Assembly: GCA_963700985.1 (NCBI GenBank) | Contig: OY969554.1 | Coordinates: 1,632,001-1,696,000 of the forward strand | DNA from: an uncultured Chlamydiales bacterium | GTDB lineage: Bacteria; Chlamydiota; Chlamydiia; Chlamydiales; Rhabdochlamydiaceae | Direction of reading: 5' to 3' | Length of the DNA: 64,000 bases | Shown: piece by piece, positions 1 to 12,286 of the stretch | Layout: every line of letters starts with the position of its first letter | Numbering within the stretch: the stretch's first letter is position 1 | Notes under the pieces: model-generated | What the model was told of the DNA's origin: nothing | What the model saw: the letters and a program-made list of their open reading frames with translations, nothing else | Database searches by the model: none | Position numbers and translations under genes: made by a program

Positions 1-249
1 AGTTACAATGTCTTGAAAGAAGACGAGGGCATTGCCTATCGCGCGCAGTTTCTCATCGATAAGAAAGGCGTTGTGCGCCATTTACTGATCAACGACTTAC
101 CAATAGGTCGATCAGTGGACGAAATGCTGCGTCTACTCGATGCGCTTATTTTTCATGATAAGCACGGCGAAGTATGCCCTGCAAATTGGAAGAGTGGAGA
201 GAAGAGTATGAAGCCTACACAAGAAGGGCTCCTAAGCTACTTCAAATAA
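1..249 (+). CDS. ahpC: 2-Cys peroxiredoxin (AhpC/TSA), C-terminal part; 5' end lies outside the window
   Basis: Frame is open from base 1. Motifs RAQFLID, GRSVDE and GEVCPANW (resolving Cys). Confidence 0.9.
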   Translation, partial: SYNVLKEDEGIAYRAQFLIDKKGVVRHLLINDLPIGRSVDEMLRLLDALIFHDKHGEVCPANWKSGEKSMKPTQEGLLSYFK

Positions 250-299
250 ATTGTTCAAGAATTTATCCTTGATTTTTTGCAATCTGATTTAGGAACAAG

Positions 300-1328
300 A
301 TGCGCTACATTATTTTTGCCTGGATTTTAAGTTTGACCAGTGCGGGTCAGGCTCAAGAAAAGCTATCACAAGAGCCCCTATCAAAAGGCTGCCATTTGAT
401 TCTTTCTCCGCAGGAAGCTGAGGTTCAGCTTCTGCCTTTAAAAAGCATCTCAAATCCAATGCAAGCTGCGTTGATTCAACAGCTCTTCAAAAATCGTTTA
501 GCGCTACTTTCCGCTGATACGAGTTCCCAGGAATCTCTGAGTAAAATTCTAGCGATGCTAGGAGAAATTGAAAGCCAAGGTTTTAGTGCTGAAGAGCTGC
601 TATTTGCAAAGCAGCAGCTATTAGCTACCTGTCAAGCAGAGGCGACTCAAGAAGAAAGAGCTTATGTAGCAAATATTTCCCAATTAGAAATTTGGGAAGA
701 AGTCAAAGATTTACTTTCAGATGAAAAGTTGCATCTAGCTTTTTCATCTTCAGAAAAAGGCAACCTATTGCTAACGAGAAAGCAAGCTGAGCTATTTGCT
801 CTTTTTCTATTTAATCCCCGTCTGGCTGAAGGAGCGGGTGCTTCCGATGAGGATGAGGATCTTGAAGATCCGTTCATGGCTCCAACTGAGCAGCCAGTTA
901 ATCCTGATCTAGACAATGCGGATTTTTACCAACTTCCTCTTCACGATTGGGAAAAACAGACGATCGCCTACATTATTACCAATATGGCAGATAAAAACGT
1001 TTTTCAGCTGCTTCTTGAGAAAAAAGATATGGAACGTAAAGGCAAAAAGATCAACCAAGTTCATCCTTTGAGATTTATCGGCTATGTCTGCTCGGATTTA
1101 AGACTTAAGCGTTTTCTTAGATTAATCAAAAAAAACACTTTTAAATGGGATGGCTTCATCGATGGCTTTTCAGGAAGGATGCGTGAAGAGGCGAGCCGAG
1201 GTAACCTTCAGCGCTTTGTTCCCGATTTTGCCGCTCAAGTAGGTGTCGATCCGGTTGACATAATGCCCTTTATTCAACGCGTCGACTGTGATGGCCTTGT
1301 GCGTTTTATTGTCGGTGCAACCAATTGA
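300..1328 (+). CDS. Hypothetical exported protein with a C-terminal helical domain also present in 4543..5871 and 5940..6608
   Basis: Signal-peptide-like N-terminus, acidic linker, then FYQLP...HPLRF...KWDGF...FVPDFAAQVG domain. Confidence 0.6.
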   Translation: MRYIIFAWILSLTSAGQAQEKLSQEPLSKGCHLILSPQEAEVQLLPLKSISNPMQAALIQQLFKNRLALLSADTSSQESLSKILAMLGEIESQGFSAEELLFAKQQLLATCQAEATQEERAYVANISQLEIWEEVKDLLSDEKLHLAFSSSEKGNLLLTRKQAELFALFLFNPRLAEGAGASDEDEDLEDPFMAPTEQPVNPDLDNADFYQLPLHDWEKQTIAYIITNMADKNVFQLLLEKKDMERKGKKINQVHPLRFIGYVCSDLRLKRFLRLIKKNTFKWDGFIDGFSGRMREEASRGNLQRFVPDFAAQVGVDPVDIMPFIQRVDCDGLVRFIVGATN

Positions 1329-1399
1329 TTAAGAAGTAATTTTAAAGCTCCTTTTTTATAACGCACTTGAGTTGACCAGATATTCTGTTATCATTATGA

Positions 1400-3325
1400 G
1401 TGAGAATGGAGCGAATTAAGCTGGATAAGATGAAAAATATTTTCTCACCTACACGGATCAATTACATATATTTCGGATTCCTATTCGCCTGCTTAGCTTT
1501 TTTGCATGTTTTTCATGTGATGCTAATTGAAGATGTTTCATTTCTAAGCCGGCTGGCATTTCTTATCGATGCCCTGCTGCAAAGTTTCTTGGAAATCTCT
1601 TTCCTCCTTCTCTTAAGCCTTATTATTCGTCACTACTTCTCTAAGCCGATATTCTATGGATATATTGCACTAACCTTCTTTCTCCTCGTAATTCAGATGA
1701 TAGATTTTACTTTAGTGCGCCTCATGGATCTATCTTTCTGGTATGGCATTACGCTGATCTTTGATGAAAGTTTGAATAATTTTATCGAGAGCATGAAGGC
1801 GAGTAATATTCCATTATCAGCTTGGGCTCTGGTAGGAGCCATTGCCATTTCCTTGCCAATTCTTGGAATATGTATTTTTCTTCTATGTCAAAAATGGGAG
1901 GAAAAACGCCCGATTGCTATTTCCCTTACTAAGCTTACACAAGTGACTTGTGCGCTTGTGGCGCTTTTAGGCGTTTGGGATCTTTGCACAATTTTGCCGA
2001 TGAATTCGGTGAAAAATTATGAAAAATTAAGCAAAGCTCTACCCTTGAAATCCACCGTTTTTGCTCCAAGCACCCAAAAGATTGCGCTGAGTTCTATCTT
2101 GCCTCAGGAAAGAATGGAAAGCGGCGAAGCGGATGAAATGCCAATCGCACAGGCTCCGGCACATAAGCCAGATATTTTCATCTTTGTAATCGAAAGCCTA
2201 CGAGAAGATTTCATCACAAACGCAATCGCGCCTTCGCTATCTCAATTTAAAAAAGAGAACATCTCTTTTGATCTTGCCCTTTCAGGCGCAAATGCAACAC
2301 ACCTCTCTTGGTTTTCTCTTTTTTATTCGAAAAACCCCCTTCAATGGAAGCAGATCAGCAACGAGAATCGCAAGATGGGGAGTCCTGCCTTAAGAATGCT
2401 CAAAGAAATGGGATATGCCATTCATGTCTACACATCTGCGGCCCTCGGGTTCTATGAGATGGACGAAAGGCTCTTTGGAGAAAAGAATGCCCTCGTAGAT
2501 CACTTTTTTCTTTTCGGCCATGGCGAGCAGGTCTCTCCTTTTGAGAGTGATGAACGCACGATGAATAAATTGATGGAAGAGATGAAAGCTACAAAGAAGA
2601 TCGGAGGCCGGCTACATATTGTCTTTTTAGACTCGACACATTTTGATTACAGCTGGCCCAAAGAAAGCGGAACACTATTTTTGCCGATTACCGATGGCCT
2701 CGACTTTTTTAAAATTGCCTGCAGCAAGCCAGAATTAGAGCCGATTAAAAATCGCTATCGCAATGCGATCCATTATGTAGATGGGTTATTTGAAAAGTTT
2801 TTGCAAACGTTGAAAACCACCAAGCGCTCTGATGAGGCGGTTGTCGTTGTCACAGCTGATCATGGCGAAGAGTTTTATGAAGAGGGTCGCCTTTTTCACG
2901 CTTCGACCTTAAACATTGCGCAAACGCATGTCCCTCTCTATTATAAGTTTGGAAATAACAGTCAGCTTCCTGCTCACCTTCCGAGCAAACAGACCTCGCA
3001 TGTCGATGTCTTCCCAACACTTTTTCACTTCTTGTACCAGAAAGAACGCATTTTCACGCAGTTGCACGGAGAATCAATTTTTAAGGAGCAGCGCTGGCCT
3101 TATATCGTAAGCGCGAGGTTTAATGGAGGGAGAAATCCCTCAGATTTCTATGTTTTAAACGGCCAAAAGCTGCTCATGTTGCGCTTTGAAGGGGCAAAAG
3201 AATTTTCTAAATCTCACTTATCTGTCTTGTCAGTAAAAGATCTTTACGACCAAAATGTATCAAATAACTTTTCAATTGTCCGTGAAGAGTTCGATGAGGC
3301 CTTTAAGAGCCTCTTTTTAAGATAA
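1400..3325 (+). CDS. Membrane-anchored alkaline phosphatase/sulfatase superfamily protein (LtaS/YejM-like)
   Basis: About 5 N-terminal hydrophobic segments; IESLR, SGANAT, DSTHFDY and TADHGE motifs. Confidence 0.75.
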   Translation: MRMERIKLDKMKNIFSPTRINYIYFGFLFACLAFLHVFHVMLIEDVSFLSRLAFLIDALLQSFLEISFLLLLSLIIRHYFSKPIFYGYIALTFFLLVIQMIDFTLVRLMDLSFWYGITLIFDESLNNFIESMKASNIPLSAWALVGAIAISLPILGICIFLLCQKWEEKRPIAISLTKLTQVTCALVALLGVWDLCTILPMNSVKNYEKLSKALPLKSTVFAPSTQKIALSSILPQERMESGEADEMPIAQAPAHKPDIFIFVIESLREDFITNAIAPSLSQFKKENISFDLALSGANATHLSWFSLFYSKNPLQWKQISNENRKMGSPALRMLKEMGYAIHVYTSAALGFYEMDERLFGEKNALVDHFFLFGHGEQVSPFESDERTMNKLMEEMKATKKIGGRLHIVFLDSTHFDYSWPKESGTLFLPITDGLDFFKIACSKPELEPIKNRYRNAIHYVDGLFEKFLQTLKTTKRSDEAVVVVTADHGEEFYEEGRLFHASTLNIAQTHVPLYYKFGNNSQLPAHLPSKQTSHVDVFPTLFHFLYQKERIFTQLHGESIFKEQRWPYIVSARFNGGRNPSDFYVLNGQKLLMLRFEGAKEFSKSHLSVLSVKDLYDQNVSNNFSIVREEFDEAFKSLFLR

Positions 3326-3459
3326 AAAGGTGGTTTTTCAATTATTTAGTTAACAATCTTAAATGTTTAGTTTGCTCTTTTTAAAGGGTTTTTATATAAT
3401 TTAAGAGCATTATTAGTTAAAAGTAACATTAAATTTACTGTAAATAAGATTTAAAAATA

Positions 3460-4533
3460 GTGCGCAGGATACTCATTAGCTTGATTTTGTCGACGGGTTC
3501 GTTCTCTGCTTTAAGTGCACAGCAATCAGAAAAGCGTGAAGCTACATGGAAAGGCATGCTTCGTTCATCATTTCTTAAAAGTCTCGATAAGATGCTTTCA
3601 GCGATTTTCGATGAACCATCACGAATGTATGTCATTGTGCCCACGCAGAGAGGAGAGACATTTCGAAATCAAGATTCCGGAATGCAGGAATTTATTAAGC
3701 TGCATGGATATTTTGCAGAGGAACATCCAATAGTAGGAAAGTTTACAAAAGACGAAGGAGATCTCTTTTTGACGCAAGCGATTTTAAATGAGATACATGA
3801 GAAAATTGCCGATCCTTTTCAACGCGAAATTACTTCTGCAGAAGTGATTACGAAAGTCCTTGCCTATCGTGATCTCAAGCAGGGGGACAAGATCGCCCTT
3901 CCAACATTGGATGCACAATCAAGAGCTGAGCTTACGACATATGTCGTTGATGAAGTGATCGATCTTTGGCGGGGAATGCCTGCCTTTGGACTCTTGCCTG
4001 AATCTGGAGATGGAGTGCCTATCTTACTTTTCCGTGGCACAGACCTTTCTCTTATTACAGAGCGTGGATGGGCTTCGGTGATCAGTGATTTGGAAATTCA
4101 TGATCCTGGACTTTCTACCTTTCAAAAAGGCCAAGCTAAGATCCATACCTGGTTAAAACATGCGGAAGAAAAATGTTGTAAAGCGCGCGTCATGGGTTTC
4201 AGTTTAGGCGGGATTTTTACTGCCTACACCCTTCTGTATGAAGGCGAATTGATTAATCGTGATAAGACCTCATTTGCTTTTAGCCCTCCCGGGGTCTCGC
4301 GCGAGGTTTTACAAGAGTGGACACAGGAAACTAATAGGCCGCCATTTCTTCAGTTTGTTCCTCAAGGGGATATTATTCCTAAATATGGACGGCTGTTCAA
4401 AAATGCCTTTCTACTGACTTACGATAAAGTGCCAGCTCCACTTTTGGCACATACAGGACTGGTTACTTTTTCAGAGCTGTATCGGCTTCACGCGATTGAT
4501 GCGGCTCAAGAAAACTCTCTAAGGAAACTATAG
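3460..4533 (+). CDS. Secreted alpha/beta hydrolase, lipase class 3-like
   Basis: Signal peptide, FRGT oxyanion motif, GFSLGG nucleophile elbow, then GDIIP and a C-terminal His. Confidence 0.7.
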   Translation: MRRILISLILSTGSFSALSAQQSEKREATWKGMLRSSFLKSLDKMLSAIFDEPSRMYVIVPTQRGETFRNQDSGMQEFIKLHGYFAEEHPIVGKFTKDEGDLFLTQAILNEIHEKIADPFQREITSAEVITKVLAYRDLKQGDKIALPTLDAQSRAELTTYVVDEVIDLWRGMPAFGLLPESGDGVPILLFRGTDLSLITERGWASVISDLEIHDPGLSTFQKGQAKIHTWLKHAEEKCCKARVMGFSLGGIFTAYTLLYEGELINRDKTSFAFSPPGVSREVLQEWTQETNRPPFLQFVPQGDIIPKYGRLFKNAFLLTYDKVPAPLLAHTGLVTFSELYRLHAIDAAQENSLRKL

Positions 4534-4542
4534 GTAAAGATT

Positions 4543-5871
4543 ATGACTAACTGCTTTCCTATTTCCTTTTTTGTTCCTAAGAAGGTCGACTTTTTGCCCC
4601 CAGTGAAAGCGCTGGCACCATCTTCGCTTATCTTGCGCTATACCGAGCAGCGAGAGGTATGTGCTATTGCTCCTGGTGAATTGAATTTTTTCGATCGTGA
4701 AGTTATCCCGCGTTTTTTTGTCGTCCTAATCGCTTTGGCTTCTCTGGTCAATGCTGTGGGTAATTTAATTCTATGCGGCGCTTACTACTTATCTTACACC
4801 GTCCACCGTCCACTTGCAGAAGAGAAGACGAGTGCGGCTCTTTTTGATCGAGTCCAAGAAAACTTCTCACAAACAATCTCAGACTTAGCTTTAGGCTCAT
4901 CACTTTTCTATGGGCTGCTCTGGCCTCATGAAATTTTAGAAGCAGCTTTTTTTGATGATGCGGAGGAGTGCCCAATTGAATCATCCAGCGACTCATCTGC
5001 TGATTCTTCATTTTCGGATAGCCCTCTTTCAGTAAACTCAGAAGAGGATCCAAATAGTGTTGCTACCTTGCCGCCGCCCTCACCTGTGCTTAGCGTTCAG
5101 GTAATCGAAATCACACTCGTCGCAACCGAGGCGGTGCGCTCTGCCAGCCCAATTGTAGATCCAATGCCGGCAGCTTCTGTGCCTGTGCAAGAAGAAGAGT
5201 TCGATCCTTTAGGCGGAAAATTTAAAGTTCGTGTGATTCCCTCGCGAAATTCGATTTCTGCTCCTTCGACACCAACTAGTCATAGTATTCAAACTCCTAC
5301 GTCTTCAATTTCAGTCTCACCTGCTAAAGTCGCGGCTGAATTGCCTTCTCAGGCAAAGCCTGCTGTGATTGTGGCGACCCCCGCTGCAGTTGCAAAGCCA
5401 CCGATCGATCCCTACTCCACGTTGCAAGCTCCGACAGCTAAGCAAAAAGATGCCATCGTCAAAATGCTCACAACTATTAATGAAACAAATGCCGTTCTTT
5501 TGGCGCGCAAGAAGAATTACCTCAGAGAAAGACAGGCAGAGATAAAAACGTTGCATACGCTTAAGTTTCTCGAGACTATCCTGATGGATACTAACCCTGA
5601 TAAGAAGAAGAATTTGAAAGAGTGTCTCTTATCTATCAAGAAAAACAGCTTTCTTAAATGGGGCGGCTTTCTTAATGGAGACCCCATGACCCGCGATCCT
5701 TATGACGGCAATGTGGGCGCGCTTAAAAAGGCGAATGAGCAAGGTCAACTCAAACAGTACTTGCCAGGTTTTTACAAAGCTGTGGGCTTAGATGTTGGCA
5801 GGGCCGAAGCTTTTGTAACTGCTGGGAAATGGGATTTATGGTTCGATCTACTTCTCGCCAAGGGTGAGTAG
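4543..5871 (+). CDS. Hypothetical protein: hydrophobic N-terminal region, Ser/Pro-rich linker, conserved C-terminal helical domain
   Basis: Long ORF; C-terminus aligns by eye with 5940..6608 (TLKFLE.IL.D, KW.GF, YLPGFY.AVG). Confidence 0.6.
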   Translation: MTNCFPISFFVPKKVDFLPPVKALAPSSLILRYTEQREVCAIAPGELNFFDREVIPRFFVVLIALASLVNAVGNLILCGAYYLSYTVHRPLAEEKTSAALFDRVQENFSQTISDLALGSSLFYGLLWPHEILEAAFFDDAEECPIESSSDSSADSSFSDSPLSVNSEEDPNSVATLPPPSPVLSVQVIEITLVATEAVRSASPIVDPMPAASVPVQEEEFDPLGGKFKVRVIPSRNSISAPSTPTSHSIQTPTSSISVSPAKVAAELPSQAKPAVIVATPAAVAKPPIDPYSTLQAPTAKQKDAIVKMLTTINETNAVLLARKKNYLRERQAEIKTLHTLKFLETILMDTNPDKKKNLKECLLSIKKNSFLKWGGFLNGDPMTRDPYDGNVGALKKANEQGQLKQYLPGFYKAVGLDVGRAEAFVTAGKWDLWFDLLLAKGE

Positions 5872-5939
5872 ACAAGCATTTCAGTTTTAAGTTATATCAA
5901 GGCAAACATCAGAATAAACTCTAAAGAAGGTTTTACGCT

Positions 5940-6608
5940 ATGCCCGTGGATCTCCCAGCGCCGTCGCATGAAGAGCGGTTTTCTCCAAAATCTGAGAATA
6001 TTCCCATCACTCAAGATCTCTCCGTTACGCTGGATGCTGCTGCCACTATTTCGGATGATGCAGAGGGAGAAATTGCCCAGACTTTTTCAATTCAGAGGCC
6101 AGGAAGAATGTTTGGCGCAGATCCTAATACCTTTGATGTTAATAACGTCGCTCCTTATCAAAAGTTACCAAATGCAACCCCGGCGGAACGGCAAGCGATT
6201 GTCGATATGATGACCACCTTGGCAAACACGCCACTTCTTTTTTTATGGGGAAAACAATCTTACCTTCGCGAGAAAGGGGCTGAGACCAAAAATTTAAATA
6301 CGCTTAAATTTTTGGAAGTTATTCTCACCGACACCACCAATCCAGACTCTGATCAGAATTTAAGACATTGCCTGCAAGAGATCCGCATGAGCGGTTTAAA
6401 ATGGAAAGGCTTTGTTAAAGGTCAAAGCGCGGGTGATGGGATTGGCGGGGCGTTGGATAGAATGGCGGACGCCAAAGAATTAAATCGTTATCTTCCGGGA
6501 TTTTATCGCGCAGTCGGGATTGATCCGACAATTGCGCAGCCTTATGCTGATAAGCGTGATTGGAGCGGGTGGCTCGATGTCCTAATGGGCAGGCCAGCCC
6601 ACAGCTAA
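5940..6608 (+). CDS. Hypothetical protein, paralog of the C-terminal domain of the preceding gene
   Basis: Shares PYxxL, YLRE, TLKFLEVILTD, KWKGF and YLPGFYRAVG motifs. Confidence 0.65.
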   Translation: MPVDLPAPSHEERFSPKSENIPITQDLSVTLDAAATISDDAEGEIAQTFSIQRPGRMFGADPNTFDVNNVAPYQKLPNATPAERQAIVDMMTTLANTPLLFLWGKQSYLREKGAETKNLNTLKFLEVILTDTTNPDSDQNLRHCLQEIRMSGLKWKGFVKGQSAGDGIGGALDRMADAKELNRYLPGFYRAVGIDPTIAQPYADKRDWSGWLDVLMGRPAHS

Positions 6609-7000
6609 ATTGCACGCTGGGTGGTTAAGTAGTCGTAGAGATCTTTCTCGGTGATAATCAGAAAGCTTTTGTGGATTTGACACACCGTCTGCGATGAATC
6701 GATAATTGTCGCATCTCCTACGCCTGGCATGCAGATGGCCGTCAGCGAAGAAGTCGCTTCTTTCTTTTTCAAAATTTTGAGCCCGCGCATGTAATCCTGG
6801 GAGCTGAATCCTTCTTCTTTAACACGAAAGAAGATGAGCTCTTTTTTATACAGTAGAGCTTGAACGGCGTAAGAGATTCCTTGGCTTTCAGCGGGAGGAT
6901 GGCCAAAGAGATCCACGAGTTGAGGCAAAGACTTGCATAGTAGAGGTGTGCAAAAGTCCCCTTTCTCAGCTTCTCCAAAAAGAAATATAGTCTGCCGCAT
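6605..7000 (-). CDS. Small hypothetical protein with resemblance to contractile tail-sheath motifs
   Basis: 131-aa ORF with FGEAEKG...TP...FG, YAVQAL...FFRV and DYMRGL...AICMPG. Confidence 0.6.
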   Translation of the reverse strand: MRQTIFLFGEAEKGDFCTPLLCKSLPQLVDLFGHPPAESQGISYAVQALLYKKELIFFRVKEEGFSSQDYMRGLKILKKKEATSSLTAICMPGVGDATIIDSSQTVCQIHKSFLIITEKDLYDYLTTQRAI

Positions 7001-7151
7001 TTAGCATCTCGCTTTTCCTCTTCTAATACTAATAAAATTTTTTTTAAAGCTAGCGCAAAATGCAACCTGTGAATTTTTCCTAAAATGAAGTGAGAAATAG
7101 ACGAAATGGTCCAGTTAATGGGGACAACTACACTTCTCTTGAGAGCGGATT

Positions 7152-7237
7152 TAACGCAAAGGCGCAAAGACGTTAAGCGGCAAGGAATTACAAACAGAAG
7201 ATATTCTTATGTTTTGCGGCTTAGCGTCTTTGCGTTA
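7152..7237. repeat. Imperfect inverted repeat built from CGCAAAG-like subrepeats (REP-like palindrome), just downstream of eno
   Basis: Left arm CGCAAAGACGTTAAGCGGCAA versus reverse complement of right arm CGCAAAGACGCTAAGCCGCAA (2 mismatches). Confidence 0.7.
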
Positions 7238-7253
7238 GTCTTCTCAACTTTGA

Positions 7254-9653
<2,400 letters not shown>

Positions 9654-9657
<4 letters not shown>

Positions 9658-10403
9658 GGAGCCTCGCGCATTAGATACATGAGAATGCCACCGGCTACAG
9701 CTACATTAAGTGACTCCATATTAGTGCGCATGGGAATAGAGAGTGTATGCGCCTCAATTTTGGGTTTGAACTGCACACCATGCGCTTCACTACCCAGAAT
9801 CAAAATTAGGGGGGTCTGGAGATTTTGAGCTTTGACACTTTGACCATCCATATCGGCGATATAAACAGAGAGATTGCTTTTTTCAATTAGCTGGTCGAGC
9901 TCGCCAAAGCTGCCTTCACTAAGAGGAATATGAAAAGTAGCTCCCTTGGCAGCACGCAACGCTTTATCATTAAATGGATCAGCACTTCCTTCGCAAATGA
10001 AGATTCCATCCCATCCAAGAGCGTAGGCTGTGCGGATGAGAGTGCCGAGGTTACCCGGATCGGCAATTCCATCGAGTGCTAGCAGGAACTTTTTTTGCGA
10101 AAGATCGGCGGGTTTGGGCAGCTCCACTTCAGCCGCATAGGGTTCAGGCTGCTCTAAGCCTGTAATTTTTTTTAAGATTTCAGGGGTGACATAATAGATA
10201 TGCGCAGCTTTGACAGGAGGCTGCTCGGCGCCATTTTCTATGAAAAGGGTCTTTAATTGTGTATGCGAAGAGAGCTCGAGAACAAGCTTCGTGCCGACGA
10301 TCAGAGCGCTCTTTTGCTCTTTTCGAAAGGCACGGCTATTTCTTAATTTAACAAAATGTTTAACAATGGGATGTTGTAAACTAGTAATTTCGTATTGTGT
10401 CAC
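9654..10403 (-). CDS. TrmH/SpoU family RNA methyltransferase
   Basis: SPOUT motifs DPGNLGTLIRTA, LGSEAHG and ESLNVAVA. Confidence 0.92.
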
Positions 10404-10414
10404 GTTAGGTAATC

Positions 10415-12286
10415 ATGGCAGATTTTCGATTCTCAAGCAAGAGAGGGACGGGTTCTTTAGCAAGGCGCATTCTCCTCACTACCCTTTGCCTGCTCGTTTT
10501 CCCCCTATTTATCTATATCATTATCGACCTTCAAGATAATTATCGCTCGCGTCTGCGCGATCTTTTTCTATCTCTTGATACGGTGGGCAAGGGACAAGAG
10601 CGCCGAGTGGAAGAGTTTTTGGAGCTGCAAAAGTGCAACCTAAATACATTTACTCTTTTTTTGAATCTGGATAATCCGGACTCAGAAAGCCCTTCGCAAT
10701 TTCAAGCGATTGCAGAGAGTGAAGAGCTCTCTTCGCTTTTTTTTCTAACTGGGACGCAGCTGAGCAATACGTGCGAGATCTCCGCAGATTCGAAAATGGT
10801 GGGTCTTTCTAATCTTTTTCTGCCCGAATTGCAGCAGATGAGTGCAAACAAAACTACGGCATTTTTGGGCTTGAATCCTGTTTCCTTGCAGAAAGAGGTC
10901 TATGTTGTAAAAGCACTGAATGTTTCTTCTGGGGAAAAAGCAGGTTTTTTGATCTCCGGGTATGATGCAGGAAAATTCATTGCTCGACTGAGCATAGGAG
11001 ACGGTTCTTATCTTTTTCAGACAACTCTGCTGACTGAAAGTGGTGAGCCTTTTTTAAGTAGTGATCCCTCATTTTCTTTGGAAAACATCCAGCTCCTTCT
11101 TGCACCGACTGATATCGAAAAAGAAGATAGACCTTTTCGCTATTTTGCCAAACTTGAAGAGAGAAGAAGCTTTCTTCATCTTTTTACCAAAAGTGATGCC
11201 AAGATAGGGATTAAACTCCCGATCGAAGCAAGCTCGTTTGCTTTACTTGTCGATCTTCCAGAACAGAGCTCGTTTGATATTTCTAGATATGAACTTTTCT
11301 ACCGATATATGACGCTTTTTCTTCTACTTTTTGTCATAGGCGGAGGTGTGACCTGGTGGCTGGTAAAGAGGATGGCACGTCCGCTGAGGGCGCTGGCGTT
11401 AAACATGGAACAGGTGGGTGAAGGACGCCTCAGCAGTCATTATAAAAAAGATCCGCTTGGTTTTGAGATCAATCTTTTGGGTGAACAATTTAACGCCATG
11501 CTTGAAGGGGTGGCAAGTTACATTGAAGAGATTAAAAACATTAAGATAGGCAGAGAGCTTCTCTTGCGAGAGTTGAAAATTGGTCACGAGATTCAGAAGA
11601 GCATCTTTCCAAAACAGCTCCCTCATATCGAAAGCCTACAGATCGCTGCGGGATTTCATCCAGCGAATCAAGTTACAGGGGATTTTTACGATCTTTTTCT
11701 CGATTCTTCAAATAACCTAATTCTGACCTTAGGCGATGCTGCAGGTAAGGGGATTCCGGCTTGTCTTTTTGCACTTATCTTGCGCAGCATGCTCAGAAGT
11801 GCTTTTTATACCATGCGTGCACCCATAGATCAGATTATTCAGAGCACCAACCGCCTCTTTTGTATGGATACGCAAGATTCTGGCTATTTCGCTACCGCTT
11901 GGGTCGGAAAACTCGATCTTACCACACGTCAGCTGCATTTCACCTCCTGCGGCCATCTTCCCGGGCTGCTTGTGCGCAAGGATGGCAGGATTGAAGAGCT
12001 AATGACGCCTGGAACTTCACTGGGCGTAGAAGAAAAAATAGAGGTAACTGTTTCAACGGTTGATCTATTTCCGGGAGATCTACTGCTGCTTTATTCTGAT
12101 GGGATTATTGAAGCGCACAACCCAGAACAGAAGCTGTTTGGAAAAGAGCGCTTGCGCGAAGTGATTGGTGATGCGTATGGCATGTCAGCTGAGCAGCTTA
12201 AAGCACACATTTTCAAAGAGATTGAGGCTTTTAGTGAAAATGCCGCTCAACACGATGATCTGATGTTACTGGCCATCCATTTTTGA
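10415..12286 (+). CDS. rsbU: Membrane sensor PP2C phosphatase (HAMP + SpoIIE domain)
   Basis: Two TM segments and a HAMP domain; GDFYD, GDAAGKG, YSDGIIE and HDDLM motifs. Confidence 0.85.
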   Translation: MADFRFSSKRGTGSLARRILLTTLCLLVFPLFIYIIIDLQDNYRSRLRDLFLSLDTVGKGQERRVEEFLELQKCNLNTFTLFLNLDNPDSESPSQFQAIAESEELSSLFFLTGTQLSNTCEISADSKMVGLSNLFLPELQQMSANKTTAFLGLNPVSLQKEVYVVKALNVSSGEKAGFLISGYDAGKFIARLSIGDGSYLFQTTLLTESGEPFLSSDPSFSLENIQLLLAPTDIEKEDRPFRYFAKLEERRSFLHLFTKSDAKIGIKLPIEASSFALLVDLPEQSSFDISRYELFYRYMTLFLLLFVIGGGVTWWLVKRMARPLRALALNMEQVGEGRLSSHYKKDPLGFEINLLGEQFNAMLEGVASYIEEIKNIKIGRELLLRELKIGHEIQKSIFPKQLPHIESLQIAAGFHPANQVTGDFYDLFLDSSNNLILTLGDAAGKGIPACLFALILRSMLRSAFYTMRAPIDQIIQSTNRLFCMDTQDSGYFATAWVGKLDLTTRQLHFTSCGHLPGLLVRKDGRIEELMTPGTSLGVEEKIEVTVSTVDLFPGDLLLLYSDGIIEAHNPEQKLFGKERLREVIGDAYGMSAEQLKAHIFKEIEAFSENAAQHDDLMLLAIHF

